Both the position numbers and the translations under genes were made by a program. A stretch of DNA of 35,901 nucleotides from contig JAMCYA010000013.1 in NCBI GenBank assembly GCA_023473845.1, positions 1-35,901 of the forward strand, written 5' to 3'. Within the stretch, counting starts at the first letter, position 1, and each line of letters starts with the position of its first letter. Below the pieces are notes generated by a model. The model had not been told where the DNA came from. It saw only the letters and a program-made list of their open reading frames with translations, and did no database searches. Below, one piece after another: positions 24,034-31,401 of this stretch. This DNA comes from Patescibacteria group bacterium. Lineage in GTDB: Bacteria > Patescibacteriota > Doudnabacteria > UBA920.

Positions 24034-24045
24034 TGTGGTAAAATA
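24034..24045 (+). promoter_or_regulatory. Extended -10 promoter, probably giving a leaderless transcript
   Basis: TGTGG-TAAAAT ends 6 nt before ATG 24051; the same 12-mer precedes mraY. Confidence 0.65.
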
Positions 24046-24050
24046 CAGGC

Positions 24051-24155
24051 ATGTTTAACAACCGCAAGCTGGTAAACAAAATTATGTACGGCCTGGCCAT
24101 TGTAATGGTATTAGGCCTGGTCATAATGACCATTGGCGCGGCGTTTTTGCAGTAA
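24051..24155 (+). CDS. 34-aa single-TM membrane peptide (not in the ORF track)
   Basis: Hand translation MFNNRKLVNKIMYGLAIVMVLGLVIMTIGAAFLQ*: basic N-terminus plus hydrophobic helix; stop 4 nt before the next ATG. Confidence 0.7.
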   Translation: MFNNRKLVNKIMYGLAIVMVLGLVIMTIGAAFLQ

Positions 24156-24159
24156 ACCC

Positions 24160-24657
24160 ATGTTTAAAATAAAACTTCGGGAAAACGAAAAACTAATCTT
24201 GGCAAGCCGCCAGACCGAATGGGTCTGGGGCAAGGCCGTGCTCATGGTTTTTGTGCTGATTTATCTGCCCTGGGCGTTTTACGCCAAGTACGATTTGCAG
24301 GACATTACCGCTTTTCGCCGCATCCTCCTGTTCTGGACCGTGCTGGTTTTGCTCTATGCCTTGAACAAATACCTGCTCTGGCTGGTTAACGCTTACCTGG
24401 TGACCAACCAGCGGGTTATTTCCGTTGAGTACAAAAACCTTTTTTCCAAAACCGTGGAAGAAGTGGATCTGCAGTCCGTGGCCGCCATTTCCTGCAAGAC
24501 CCAGGGCATTTTGGAGTCGCTGTTTAAGACCGGTAAAGTGATAATTACTTTTTCCAATGCGAGCAAAACTTTTGTGCTGGATAAAATCCGCGAGCCTGAA
24601 GATTTGAAAGAAACTATTCTTAAAGCCAAAGCCTTAAATTCGGCCGTGCATGTTTAA
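24160..24657 (+). CDS. Membrane protein with bacterial PH-like domain
   Basis: LRENEKLI..RQ, two TMs, YLVTNQRVI....LFSKTVEEVDL..V, G.V.I. ATG 24160 preferred to TTG 24133. Confidence 0.8.
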   Translation: MFKIKLRENEKLILASRQTEWVWGKAVLMVFVLIYLPWAFYAKYDLQDITAFRRILLFWTVLVLLYALNKYLLWLVNAYLVTNQRVISVEYKNLFSKTVEEVDLQSVAAISCKTQGILESLFKTGKVIITFSNASKTFVLDKIREPEDLKETILKAKALNSAVHV

Positions 24658-25015
24658 AGAATATTTTTCCAGGAAAACCGTGCTCTTGCTGCTTTTCGGC
24701 CTGACCGTATTTTTGTTTTATATCCGTTTCCAGCAGTTCCGGGAAAAAAAGAGCATTGACGCGGAAAAGGCCAGCCTGGAAAGCCAGATTGCCGGCGTGG
24801 AAAAGAAAAACCAGGAAATGGAAGCCTCGATTAAATACCTGACTTCGCTCAGTTCCAAAGAAAAAGTTGCGCGCGAACAGCTCAACCTAAAAAAACAAGG
24901 GGAAAAAGTCTACAGCTTTACCCAGGTGGACGGCACGGACAGCAATGCCCCAGGCTATGCCGCAAGCCAGGAGGTAAGCAATCCCGTAAAATGGTGGAGA
25001 TATTTCACGGAATGA
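24650..25015 (+). CDS. Septum formation initiator (FtsB/DivIC family)
   Basis: Short N-terminus, TM, coiled coil, EKVAREQLNLKKQGEKVY, and C-terminal NPVKWWRYF. Confidence 0.85.
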   Translation: MFKEYFSRKTVLLLLFGLTVFLFYIRFQQFREKKSIDAEKASLESQIAGVEKKNQEMEASIKYLTSLSSKEKVAREQLNLKKQGEKVYSFTQVDGTDSNAPGYAASQEVSNPVKWWRYFTE

Positions 25016-25809
25016 AAAAAGCGTTCAAAATTTTTAGCTGGGCCATCTTAGCCGCGGTTTTAGCTGCGGGCCTGCTTTTAGCCGGCGGGGTTTTGTGGCT
25101 GAAAACCGGACACATTACATTTGCCAAAGCCGCCCTGCTGAAAAAGCTGCCCGCGCCCGTGGCCCTGGTCGGCTCGCGTCCCGTCTGGTCCACCGAATAC
25201 TTTAGCCGGCTGGACAGCTTAAAGCCTTACCAGCCCGCGGGAATGGATGCACAGACTTACGAACAAACGGTTTTTAACCGGTTGGTGCAGGAAAAGGCCA
25301 TGGGCCAGCTGCTGGCGGAAAAAAAGGTGGAAAGCCCCGCGTCCGCTTTCGGCGATAAGGCAGCCCAAGCCCTGGGCGCCTGGCAAGACAAGAAAACTGC
25401 GCTGCAAATTTGGTACAACGGCCAACAAGACTTAAACAGTGTGGCCTTCCAAAAAGCCGCGGACTTGCAGCAAGCCATGCAGAACGGCAAAACCTTTGAA
25501 GACTTGGCGGCGCAGAACAGCCAGGAGCCCCTTTCCAGGGCCTACAGCGGCGATTTGGGCTTTCTGGAGGCCAAGGACTTGCTGCCCGAAATACTCAAAG
25601 CCACGGATGACATGAAAGTCGGCCAGACCAAGCAGGTTGCAACCCGCCAGGGATTGCATATAATAAAACTAGAAGGCAAAGACAACCTGGGCCAAGACAA
25701 CGGCCAGCGCCTGCATTTGAAACAAATTTTTCTGCCCGAGTCCGGTTTTGAAAACTGGCTGGACACGGAGATAAATAAAATCAAAATTATTAAATTCTTA
25801 AGTATTTAG
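25012..25809 (+). CDS. Membrane-anchored parvulin-type peptidyl-prolyl isomerase (PrsA/SurA-like)
   Basis: N-terminal TM, FEDLAAQNSQE...SGDLGF, GLHIIKL. ATGA overlap at 25012-25015 supports this start. Confidence 0.85.
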   Translation: MKKAFKIFSWAILAAVLAAGLLLAGGVLWLKTGHITFAKAALLKKLPAPVALVGSRPVWSTEYFSRLDSLKPYQPAGMDAQTYEQTVFNRLVQEKAMGQLLAEKKVESPASAFGDKAAQALGAWQDKKTALQIWYNGQQDLNSVAFQKAADLQQAMQNGKTFEDLAAQNSQEPLSRAYSGDLGFLEAKDLLPEILKATDDMKVGQTKQVATRQGLHIIKLEGKDNLGQDNGQRLHLKQIFLPESGFENWLDTEINKIKIIKFLSI

Positions 25810-25836
25810 GCATTTGCCCGAAATACCAAAACCAAT

Positions 25837-27681
25837 ATGGAAGAAGAAGTTATAGGCTACATCAAAAGTGCCAGAGGGCACGGCATGAGCGATTCGGAAA
25901 TTAAACAAAACCTGCTCAACGCCGGCTGGGAAGCCGAAGTGGTGGAGGACAGCTTTACGCATGTGCGCGCCCTGGACTCCCAGGAAAACCTGCCTGCGCG
26001 GCCGCCCGAAACCCACATTCCCGGGCACATGGGCCAGCCTATCCGGCCCAGCGAAGTTTTAACCCAAAACACGGCCAGCTTCCCCAACCCAACCACGGGC
26101 ATCAGCGAGACCACCTTTCAGACGGATGCATCAAGCAAGCCTTTTTACAAAAAAGCCTGGGTATGGATTGCGGCCCTGCTGCTGGCGCTGGTTATCGGCG
26201 GCGCCGGCTACTGGTATATGGCCTACGGCTTTAACACCCCGCAGGGAATTTGGAAAAAATTCACCAGCCTGAACCAGAGCAAGGTCTACAAGAACAAATT
26301 CCTGTTTAATTACATTGATACAGGCGAGTTTTCCTCAAAAGACTTGGGCACTTTCAGCCTAAAAGATTTGAAGCTGACTTTTGACGGGCAGTCCTACGTG
26401 GACGTGCGCGACGAAAAGAACCCCCAGTCCAGCGCGGAAATCCAGTACACTTTCGGCAGCGGCAATACCAACTTCAGCACCGGCTTTAAATACCGCATCT
26501 TAAACCGCATTCTCTATTTGAATGTGGGCGAAAACCCGTTTTTAAATAACATCTTTGCCTCCCTGGGCAAGGGCGAAAAAGTGGATTGGCTAAAAATTGA
26601 CCTGAACGCCCTGCAGGACGAGATGAACCAGAGCGGCACCAACACCCAGGCCGAGTTCGACAAAATATTCGACAACCAGCTTAAAAGCGAAATCTCCAAA
26701 ATCTGGGAAGACGCCACCTTTGTTAAAATCCAAAAGTACGCGGGCCGCGAACAGGTCAACGGCGTGAATACCGTGCACTTTATTAATACCTTGGACAAGC
26801 AGGCCATAAAAGACGCGCTTACCAACTCACTTACAAAAATTGCGGACTCGGTAAATGCCAAGGCCACCAGCGATGCGGATAAGCTCCAGGACAAGGACTT
26901 AAGCCTGGCAAAAATCGCCATTAACGGCCTGGTGGACAAGCTGGAGATTACAGACTTTGAAACCTGGGTGGGTGTCAGGGATTTCCGGCTGTACCGCGTA
27001 AAATTTGAAAGCAATGCGCCATCGGTGACTTCGGCCATGAATTTGGTGGTGAACGAAGCCTTGTCCGGAGCCAAGGAAAAATCGCGCGACGCCAAACGTT
27101 TGGCCGACATCCGGCAAATGGCTTCGGCTCTGGAACTCTACTATAACGATATGAATGGCTACCCCGAAGCCAAGAACGGCGTACCGGACGGCGGCATTAC
27201 CCCCATGTATATTGGCCTGGTGCCGGTTTCGCCTCTGCCGGCCGACGGCAGCTGTACGGATTACTACAACACCTATTGGTACCAGCCAAAAGGCGAAAAA
27301 CGTGTTTTGAAAGGCAAGACTGTGTACAGCGACTATGAGCTAACCTTCTGCTTGGGTTCCGATGTCGGCGGCTACAAAGCGGGAATTGCCAAACTCAGCC
27401 CGCAGGGCATTGAAGGCAACATTGCCTGTCCGACCTCGGACGAAAAATGCGTGTCCGCCAACCCAACGCCCGCAGAACCTGTTAAAACCCCGGAGCAGCA
27501 GATCCAGGATTTTGTGGACAAGCTGGACTACTCCGCGCAGATAAAGATCGATGCGAATTATTCCGACTACGAAAAACCGGAAGCAGTCCAGGTGCCGGAC
27601 AACGCGCTGGACCTGATCCAGGCCACCAAAGGCCAAGTGCAGGGCCTGTTTATAAAAGCGCCGGACGCCACGGCCAAATAA
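25837..27681 (+). CDS. Single-TM surface protein with an internally inserted type IV pilin-like domain
   Basis: N-terminal YIKSARGHGMSDSEIKQNLLNAGW domain, Pro-rich linker, TM near 26161-26230, beta-rich exodomain. KSRDAKRLADIRQMASALELYYND...YP...DGSC...LTFCLG at about 27061-27411. Confidence 0.8.
   Translation: MEEEVIGYIKSARGHGMSDSEIKQNLLNAGWEAEVVEDSFTHVRALDSQENLPARPPETHIPGHMGQPIRPSEVLTQNTASFPNPTTGISETTFQTDASSKPFYKKAWVWIAALLLALVIGGAGYWYMAYGFNTPQGIWKKFTSLNQSKVYKNKFLFNYIDTGEFSSKDLGTFSLKDLKLTFDGQSYVDVRDEKNPQSSAEIQYTFGSGNTNFSTGFKYRILNRILYLNVGENPFLNNIFASLGKGEKVDWLKIDLNALQDEMNQSGTNTQAEFDKIFDNQLKSEISKIWEDATFVKIQKYAGREQVNGVNTVHFINTLDKQAIKDALTNSLTKIADSVNAKATSDADKLQDKDLSLAKIAINGLVDKLEITDFETWVGVRDFRLYRVKFESNAPSVTSAMNLVVNEALSGAKEKSRDAKRLADIRQMASALELYYNDMNGYPEAKNGVPDGGITPMYIGLVPVSPLPADGSCTDYYNTYWYQPKGEKRVLKGKTVYSDYELTFCLGSDVGGYKAGIAKLSPQGIEGNIACPTSDEKCVSANPTPAEPVKTPEQQIQDFVDKLDYSAQIKIDANYSDYEKPEAVQVPDNALDLIQATKGQVQGLFIKAPDATAK
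27232..27254 (+). repeat. 23-bp exact direct repeat shared by the two pilin-domain genes (second copy 27929-27951)
   Basis: cctctgccggccgacggcagctg in both. A second 17-bp identity, tcgcgcgacgccaaacg, lies at 27082-27098 and 27794-27810. Confidence 0.85.
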
Positions 27682-27682
27682 T

Positions 27683-28084
27683 ATGTCCATTTTCAGCAAG
27701 AAAAAATCGCCGGGCCTGATTGAAGTGGCCGCTATGATGCTGGGTTTTTTGGCGGCCGTGGTGCTGTTAAGCCTCAATTCCGCCCGGGCCAAGTCGCGCG
27801 ACGCCAAACGCATGGCGGATGTGCGGCAGATGGCTTCAGCCCTTGAGCTATATGCCAACGACCATCGACAATACCCGAAAAAATTTGAAGACCTAACACC
27901 CAACTACATTGGCCAAATGCCAATTGCACCTCTGCCGGCCGACGGCAGCTGCACTACCGATAACAACGAATACAAATACGCCCAGCGCGGCGCAGAAGAC
28001 TACCAGCTAACTTTCTGCTTGGGACAAACCACCGGCGGCTATGCGGCCGGTACACACACGTTGACCAAGCAGGGTATCCATTAG
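27683..28084 (+). CDS. Type IV pilin/GspG-like protein with degenerate prepilin motif
   Basis: LIEV + hydrophobic helix + LNSARAKSRDAKRMADVRQMASALELY..D...YP and a Cys pair. KKKSPGLIE replaces the canonical G|FTLIE. Confidence 0.85.
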   Translation: MSIFSKKKSPGLIEVAAMMLGFLAAVVLLSLNSARAKSRDAKRMADVRQMASALELYANDHRQYPKKFEDLTPNYIGQMPIAPLPADGSCTTDNNEYKYAQRGAEDYQLTFCLGQTTGGYAAGTHTLTKQGIH

Positions 28085-28094
28085 GGCTTATTTT

Positions 28095-28129
28095 AAGCCG
28101 CCGGCAGGCTGCCGGCGGCTTTGGGTTTT
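28095..28129 (+). terminator. Hairpin/terminator after the pilin
   Basis: AAGCCGCCGGC-aggct-GCCGGCGGCTT followed by TGGGTTTT. Confidence 0.7.
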
Positions 28130-28155
28130 GGGCACATTCGGGTATAATAGGGGAT

Positions 28156-28956
28156 ATGAAAATCGGAATTTTTGACTCAGGGTTAGGCGGGTTAGTGGTG
28201 ACAAAAGCCGTAATTAACCGCTTGCCGCAATACGATATCCTGTACGTAGGCGACACCAAACGCGTACCCTACGGCAACCGCAGCCAAAAAACCGTTTACG
28301 ATTTCACGGCCCGGGCCGTAGAATTTTTGTTTGCTCAGAACTGCAAGCTGGTAATTATAGCTTGCAACACAGCTTCGGCCCAGGCTTTGCGCAAAATCCA
28401 ACAGGAGCTGCTGCCCAAAAAATATCCGGACCGCCGGGTCTTAGGCGTGATTATTCCCACGCTGGAAGCCGTGGGTAGCGACCCCCGGAACAAAAAAGTC
28501 GGGGTGCTGGCCACGCAAAGCACGGCGGCTTCCCATATTTACCGCACGGAGCTGAAAAAAATCAACCCGCGCCTGAAAGTGCTGGAGCAGTCCGCGCCCT
28601 TGCTCGTGCCCTTAATCGAAAACGGGGCAAAAAAATTTGCGCAACCGTTTTTGCTGGAATACCTGCGGCCTTTAAAAAAATTCCGGGCCGATGCCGTAGT
28701 TTTGGGCTGCACGCATTATCCGATTTTAAAAGAACAGATGCGAAAAATCCTGCTGAAGGGCGTACGGCTATATTCCCAGGAACAGATTATCCCCGAAAAG
28801 CTGGCCAAGTACTTAAAACGCCACCCGGAGATTGACTCCCGGCTCAGTAAAAAAGCGCAGCGGGTGTTTATGGTTACGGATTTGAACGTTAACCTTATGG
28901 CCGCAGCCAAAGAGCTCTTTGGCAAAAAAATCGCTTTCAAACTCGCGGACTTTTAG
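28156..28956 (+). CDS. murI: Glutamate racemase
   Basis: IGIFDSGLGG, PYGNRS, IACNTAS, VLGCTHYP. TATAAT (28143-28148) lies 7 nt before the ATG. Confidence 0.97.
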   Translation: MKIGIFDSGLGGLVVTKAVINRLPQYDILYVGDTKRVPYGNRSQKTVYDFTARAVEFLFAQNCKLVIIACNTASAQALRKIQQELLPKKYPDRRVLGVIIPTLEAVGSDPRNKKVGVLATQSTAASHIYRTELKKINPRLKVLEQSAPLLVPLIENGAKKFAQPFLLEYLRPLKKFRADAVVLGCTHYPILKEQMRKILLKGVRLYSQEQIIPEKLAKYLKRHPEIDSRLSKKAQRVFMVTDLNVNLMAAAKELFGKKIAFKLADF

Positions 28957-29016
28957 CTATAATACTTGCAAGGCAAACCATTTAGTTTTACATTCTGCTT
29001 CTCCCCGACGATTTTT

Positions 29017-29092
29017 GCCGGCTTAGCTCATCTGGTAGAGCAGCGGTATCGTAAACCGCAGGTGGTCGGTTCAAGTCCGACAGCCGGCTCCA
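29017..29092 (+). tRNA. tRNA-Thr (anticodon CGT)
   Basis: Acceptor GCCGGCT/AGCCGGC, D arm GCTC/GAGC, anticodon arm GCGGT-atCGTaa-ACCGC, T arm GTCGG-TTCAAGT-CCGAC, discriminator T, encoded CCA. Confidence 0.96.
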
Positions 29093-29187
29093 TTTAAAAA
29101 TTCTCGTCGGGGTTTGTTTTGAAAAAGCCTTAAATAAGGGAAAAAAAATAACAAACAGCAAGTCAAGAGCGCTTAAAAAAGCCAGTC

Positions 29188-29216
29188 TTGCCAAAACCGC
29201 CATATTTTGGTAGACT
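29188..29216 (+). promoter_or_regulatory. atp operon promoter
   Basis: TTGCCA (29188-29193), 17 nt, TGg-TAGACT (29211-29216). Confidence 0.7.
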
Positions 29217-29243
29217 TGTTGCGTTCTAAATTAAAAAAGCGCC

Positions 29244-29588
29244 ATGCCAGATGATTTGAAACAAAATAGCACGGAAAAAAACGAAGGCGTTGATTTAGAA
29301 CGCCTGCGCAAGAGTGCGGCTGAGTTAAAAACTGCACAGCAGGCCATGGCCCCCAAAACCGAAGGTGCGGGCTTTCTGGGCGCGGCCTATATGCTGAACG
29401 TGGCAATTGAATTTGCCGTCATCCTTGCCGTACCTCTGATTGCCGCAGCCCTGCTGGGCCGCTGGCTGGCCGCAAAATACCACACGCAAACCTACTCCCT
29501 GCTGCTAATTTTGGGCGCTTTGCTTTTCAGCGGAATTGGAATTGCGTTGGATATTAAAAAACTAAGCAAAAGAATTAAAAAAAGCTAA
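29244..29588 (+). CDS. AtpZ/AtpI-type ('ATPase gene 1') two-TM protein
   Basis: First gene of the atp operon; IAAALLGRWL..KY.T motif; two TMs; TAATG coupling to atpB. Confidence 0.8.
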   Translation: MPDDLKQNSTEKNEGVDLERLRKSAAELKTAQQAMAPKTEGAGFLGAAYMLNVAIEFAVILAVPLIAAALLGRWLAAKYHTQTYSLLLILGALLFSGIGIALDIKKLSKRIKKS

Positions 29589-30427
29589 TGTACCTTGTCC
29601 TGCCTCCACTGGCCGCCGAAACCATGTTTAATGTCGGCTCCCTGCCGGTAACCAACAGCTACATCAACACCACCATTACGGTTCTGGGTTTTGCCCTGGT
29701 CGGTTTTTTTGTCAGCCGGGCGGCAAAAAAATACTACGCCAAAGCGGTTTCGCCGGCGGGTTTTTTGAATTTTGTGGAAAGCGTGGTGGAAGTCATGCTG
29801 GAATACTGCGACCAGGTCACGCGCGACCGGAAAAAATCCCTGCAGTTTTTGCCCATTGCCGGCTCCCTGTTTCTGTTCATTCTGGTGTCCAACTGGATGG
29901 GCTTAATACCGGGCACGGGCTCCATTGGTATCTGGCATTTGGTGCACGGCGAAAAGGAGCTGGTGCCGCTCTTCCGTCCGGGCAATACCGACTTGAACAT
30001 GACTGTGGCCATGGCGGTTCTGGCAGTAGTTTCATCCCACCTTTTAGGCATTATGACCATTGGCTTTTTCAAATACTTAAACAAGTTTATCAAGCTGGGC
30101 GACTTATACCACGCCCTAATCAGCCTTAATCCGGTTAAAATTCTGACCGCTGTAATTGAATTTTTTGTGGGTTTGATTGAAATTTTTTCCGAAATCGCCA
30201 AAATGGTTTCCTTGTCTTTGCGGCTATACGGCAACATTTTTGCCGGTGAAGTCTTACTCACGGTACTGGCATCGCTGATTGCGTTTTTTGTGCCGCTGCC
30301 GTTTATGGCTTTGGAAATCCTGGTCGGCCTGATTCAGGCCGTAGTCTTTGCCATGCTGACTCTGGTGTACCTCAATATGGCCACCATGGACCACGGCGGC
30401 CACGGCGAAGCCGAGCAGGCCCACTGA
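29588..30427 (+). CDS. atpB: ATP synthase Fo subunit a
   Basis: FLFILVSNWMGLIPG, SLSLRLYGNIFAGE (essential Arg), LIQAVVFAML. Confidence 0.97.
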   Translation: MYLVLPPLAAETMFNVGSLPVTNSYINTTITVLGFALVGFFVSRAAKKYYAKAVSPAGFLNFVESVVEVMLEYCDQVTRDRKKSLQFLPIAGSLFLFILVSNWMGLIPGTGSIGIWHLVHGEKELVPLFRPGNTDLNMTVAMAVLAVVSSHLLGIMTIGFFKYLNKFIKLGDLYHALISLNPVKILTAVIEFFVGLIEIFSEIAKMVSLSLRLYGNIFAGEVLLTVLASLIAFFVPLPFMALEILVGLIQAVVFAMLTLVYLNMATMDHGGHGEAEQAH

Positions 30428-30436
30428 ATTGCGGGG

Positions 30437-30463
30437 CAGGGGCCAAAAAGCTTTTGGCCCCTG
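30437..30463 (+). other. 12-bp stem-loop between atpB and atpE
   Basis: CAGGGGCCAAAA-agc-TTTTGGCCCCTG, no U-tract after. Confidence 0.65.
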
Positions 30464-30548
30464 ATCCTTAATTCATTAATCCACGCGTACCCGAGGACGT
30501 AAAACCCAATCCTTTTTAAGATCCATCGGCGCGTGCAAAGGAAAAACA

Positions 30549-30767
30549 ATGGACGCAGAATCCATCAAAGCCTTGTCTAAGGCTGCCACTATCGCCATCG
30601 GCGGCATGATGCCCGCATTGGCCATCGGCAAAACCGCTTCCAAAGCCATGGAAAGCATTGGCCGCAACCCGGAAGCCGCAGACAAGCTGTTTGTGCCCAT
30701 GCTATTGGCCCTGGCTTTCGCGGAAGCTATCGCCATTTACGCATTGGTTATTACCTTCACCTTGTAA
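30549..30767 (+). CDS. atpE: ATP synthase Fo subunit c
   Basis: IGRNPEA loop; ion-binding Glu in FAEAIAIY. Confidence 0.97.
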   Translation: MDAESIKALSKAATIAIGGMMPALAIGKTASKAMESIGRNPEAADKLFVPMLLALAFAEAIAIYALVITFTL

Positions 30768-30781
30768 TTTAGGTCTTAGGT

Positions 30782-30814
30782 GTCGGGAAAGAAGCCTTAA
30801 GGCTTCTTTCCGAC
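30782..30814 (+). other. Long stem-loop between atpE and atpF
   Basis: GTCGG(g)AAAGAAGCC-ttaa-GGCTTCTTTCCGAC, extendable by G-U-rich flanks to about 30770-30827. Confidence 0.7.
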
Positions 30815-30842
30815 CATTTAAAACTTAAGCAACCCATGAAAA

Positions 30843-31400
30843 ATGTTTGATCTTATTAGCATCGCCCACGCAGCAACTGAAGCCGCTCAGACAGAAGCCC
30901 AATCCGGCGGAGTTTTGGGCACGCTGGGCATTAACTGGAAACTTTTTGTAGCCCAGCTTGTCAACTTCAGCGTAGTGATGTGGGTGCTTTGGAAGTTCGT
31001 CTTTGGCCCAGTAGGCAAAAAACTTGAAGAACGCCGCCTAAAAATCGACAAAGCTTTGAAAGACGCCCAGGACGTGGAAAAGCAGAAGACCGAATTCGAA
31101 GCTTGGCGCGAGGAAGAAATGAGGAAAACCCGCACCCAGGCCGCCGAAGCCCTGACAGCTGCCCAGAAAGAAGCAGGCCAGCTGCGCGAAAAACTGCTAG
31201 CCGAAACCAAAACGGAACAGGAAAAGCTCGGCCGCCAGGCCCAAGAACAGATTAAAGCCGAACAGCAAAAATCGGTATTGGAGATTAAGTCGCAAATCGG
31301 CGACCTGGTTATTCTGGCGACGGAAAAAATCCTAAAAGAAAAACTGGACAATAAACGCGACCAGGAGTTGGTTAAAAAAGCCATTGATACTTTGAAATAG
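30843..31400 (+). CDS. atpF: ATP synthase Fo subunit b
   Basis: LGINWKLFVAQLVNF...KFVFGPV...LEERR followed by a coiled coil. Confidence 0.95.
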   Translation: MFDLISIAHAATEAAQTEAQSGGVLGTLGINWKLFVAQLVNFSVVMWVLWKFVFGPVGKKLEERRLKIDKALKDAQDVEKQKTEFEAWREEEMRKTRTQAAEALTAAQKEAGQLREKLLAETKTEQEKLGRQAQEQIKAEQQKSVLEIKSQIGDLVILATEKILKEKLDNKRDQELVKKAIDTLK

Positions 31401-31401
31401 C

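Noticed and set aside
21300..24050. Prophage or integrative element at the lepA 3' end
   Set aside because: No integrase or phage genes, and no duplicated lepA 3' end was found by eye.
23936..24133. N-terminal extension of the minus-strand ORF to 123 aa
   Set aside because: It would run through two promoters and the antisense 34-aa gene; signals support ATG 23935.
29017..29243. tRNA-Thr as an integration site
   Set aside because: No duplicated tRNA 3' end was seen, and core genes flank it directly.
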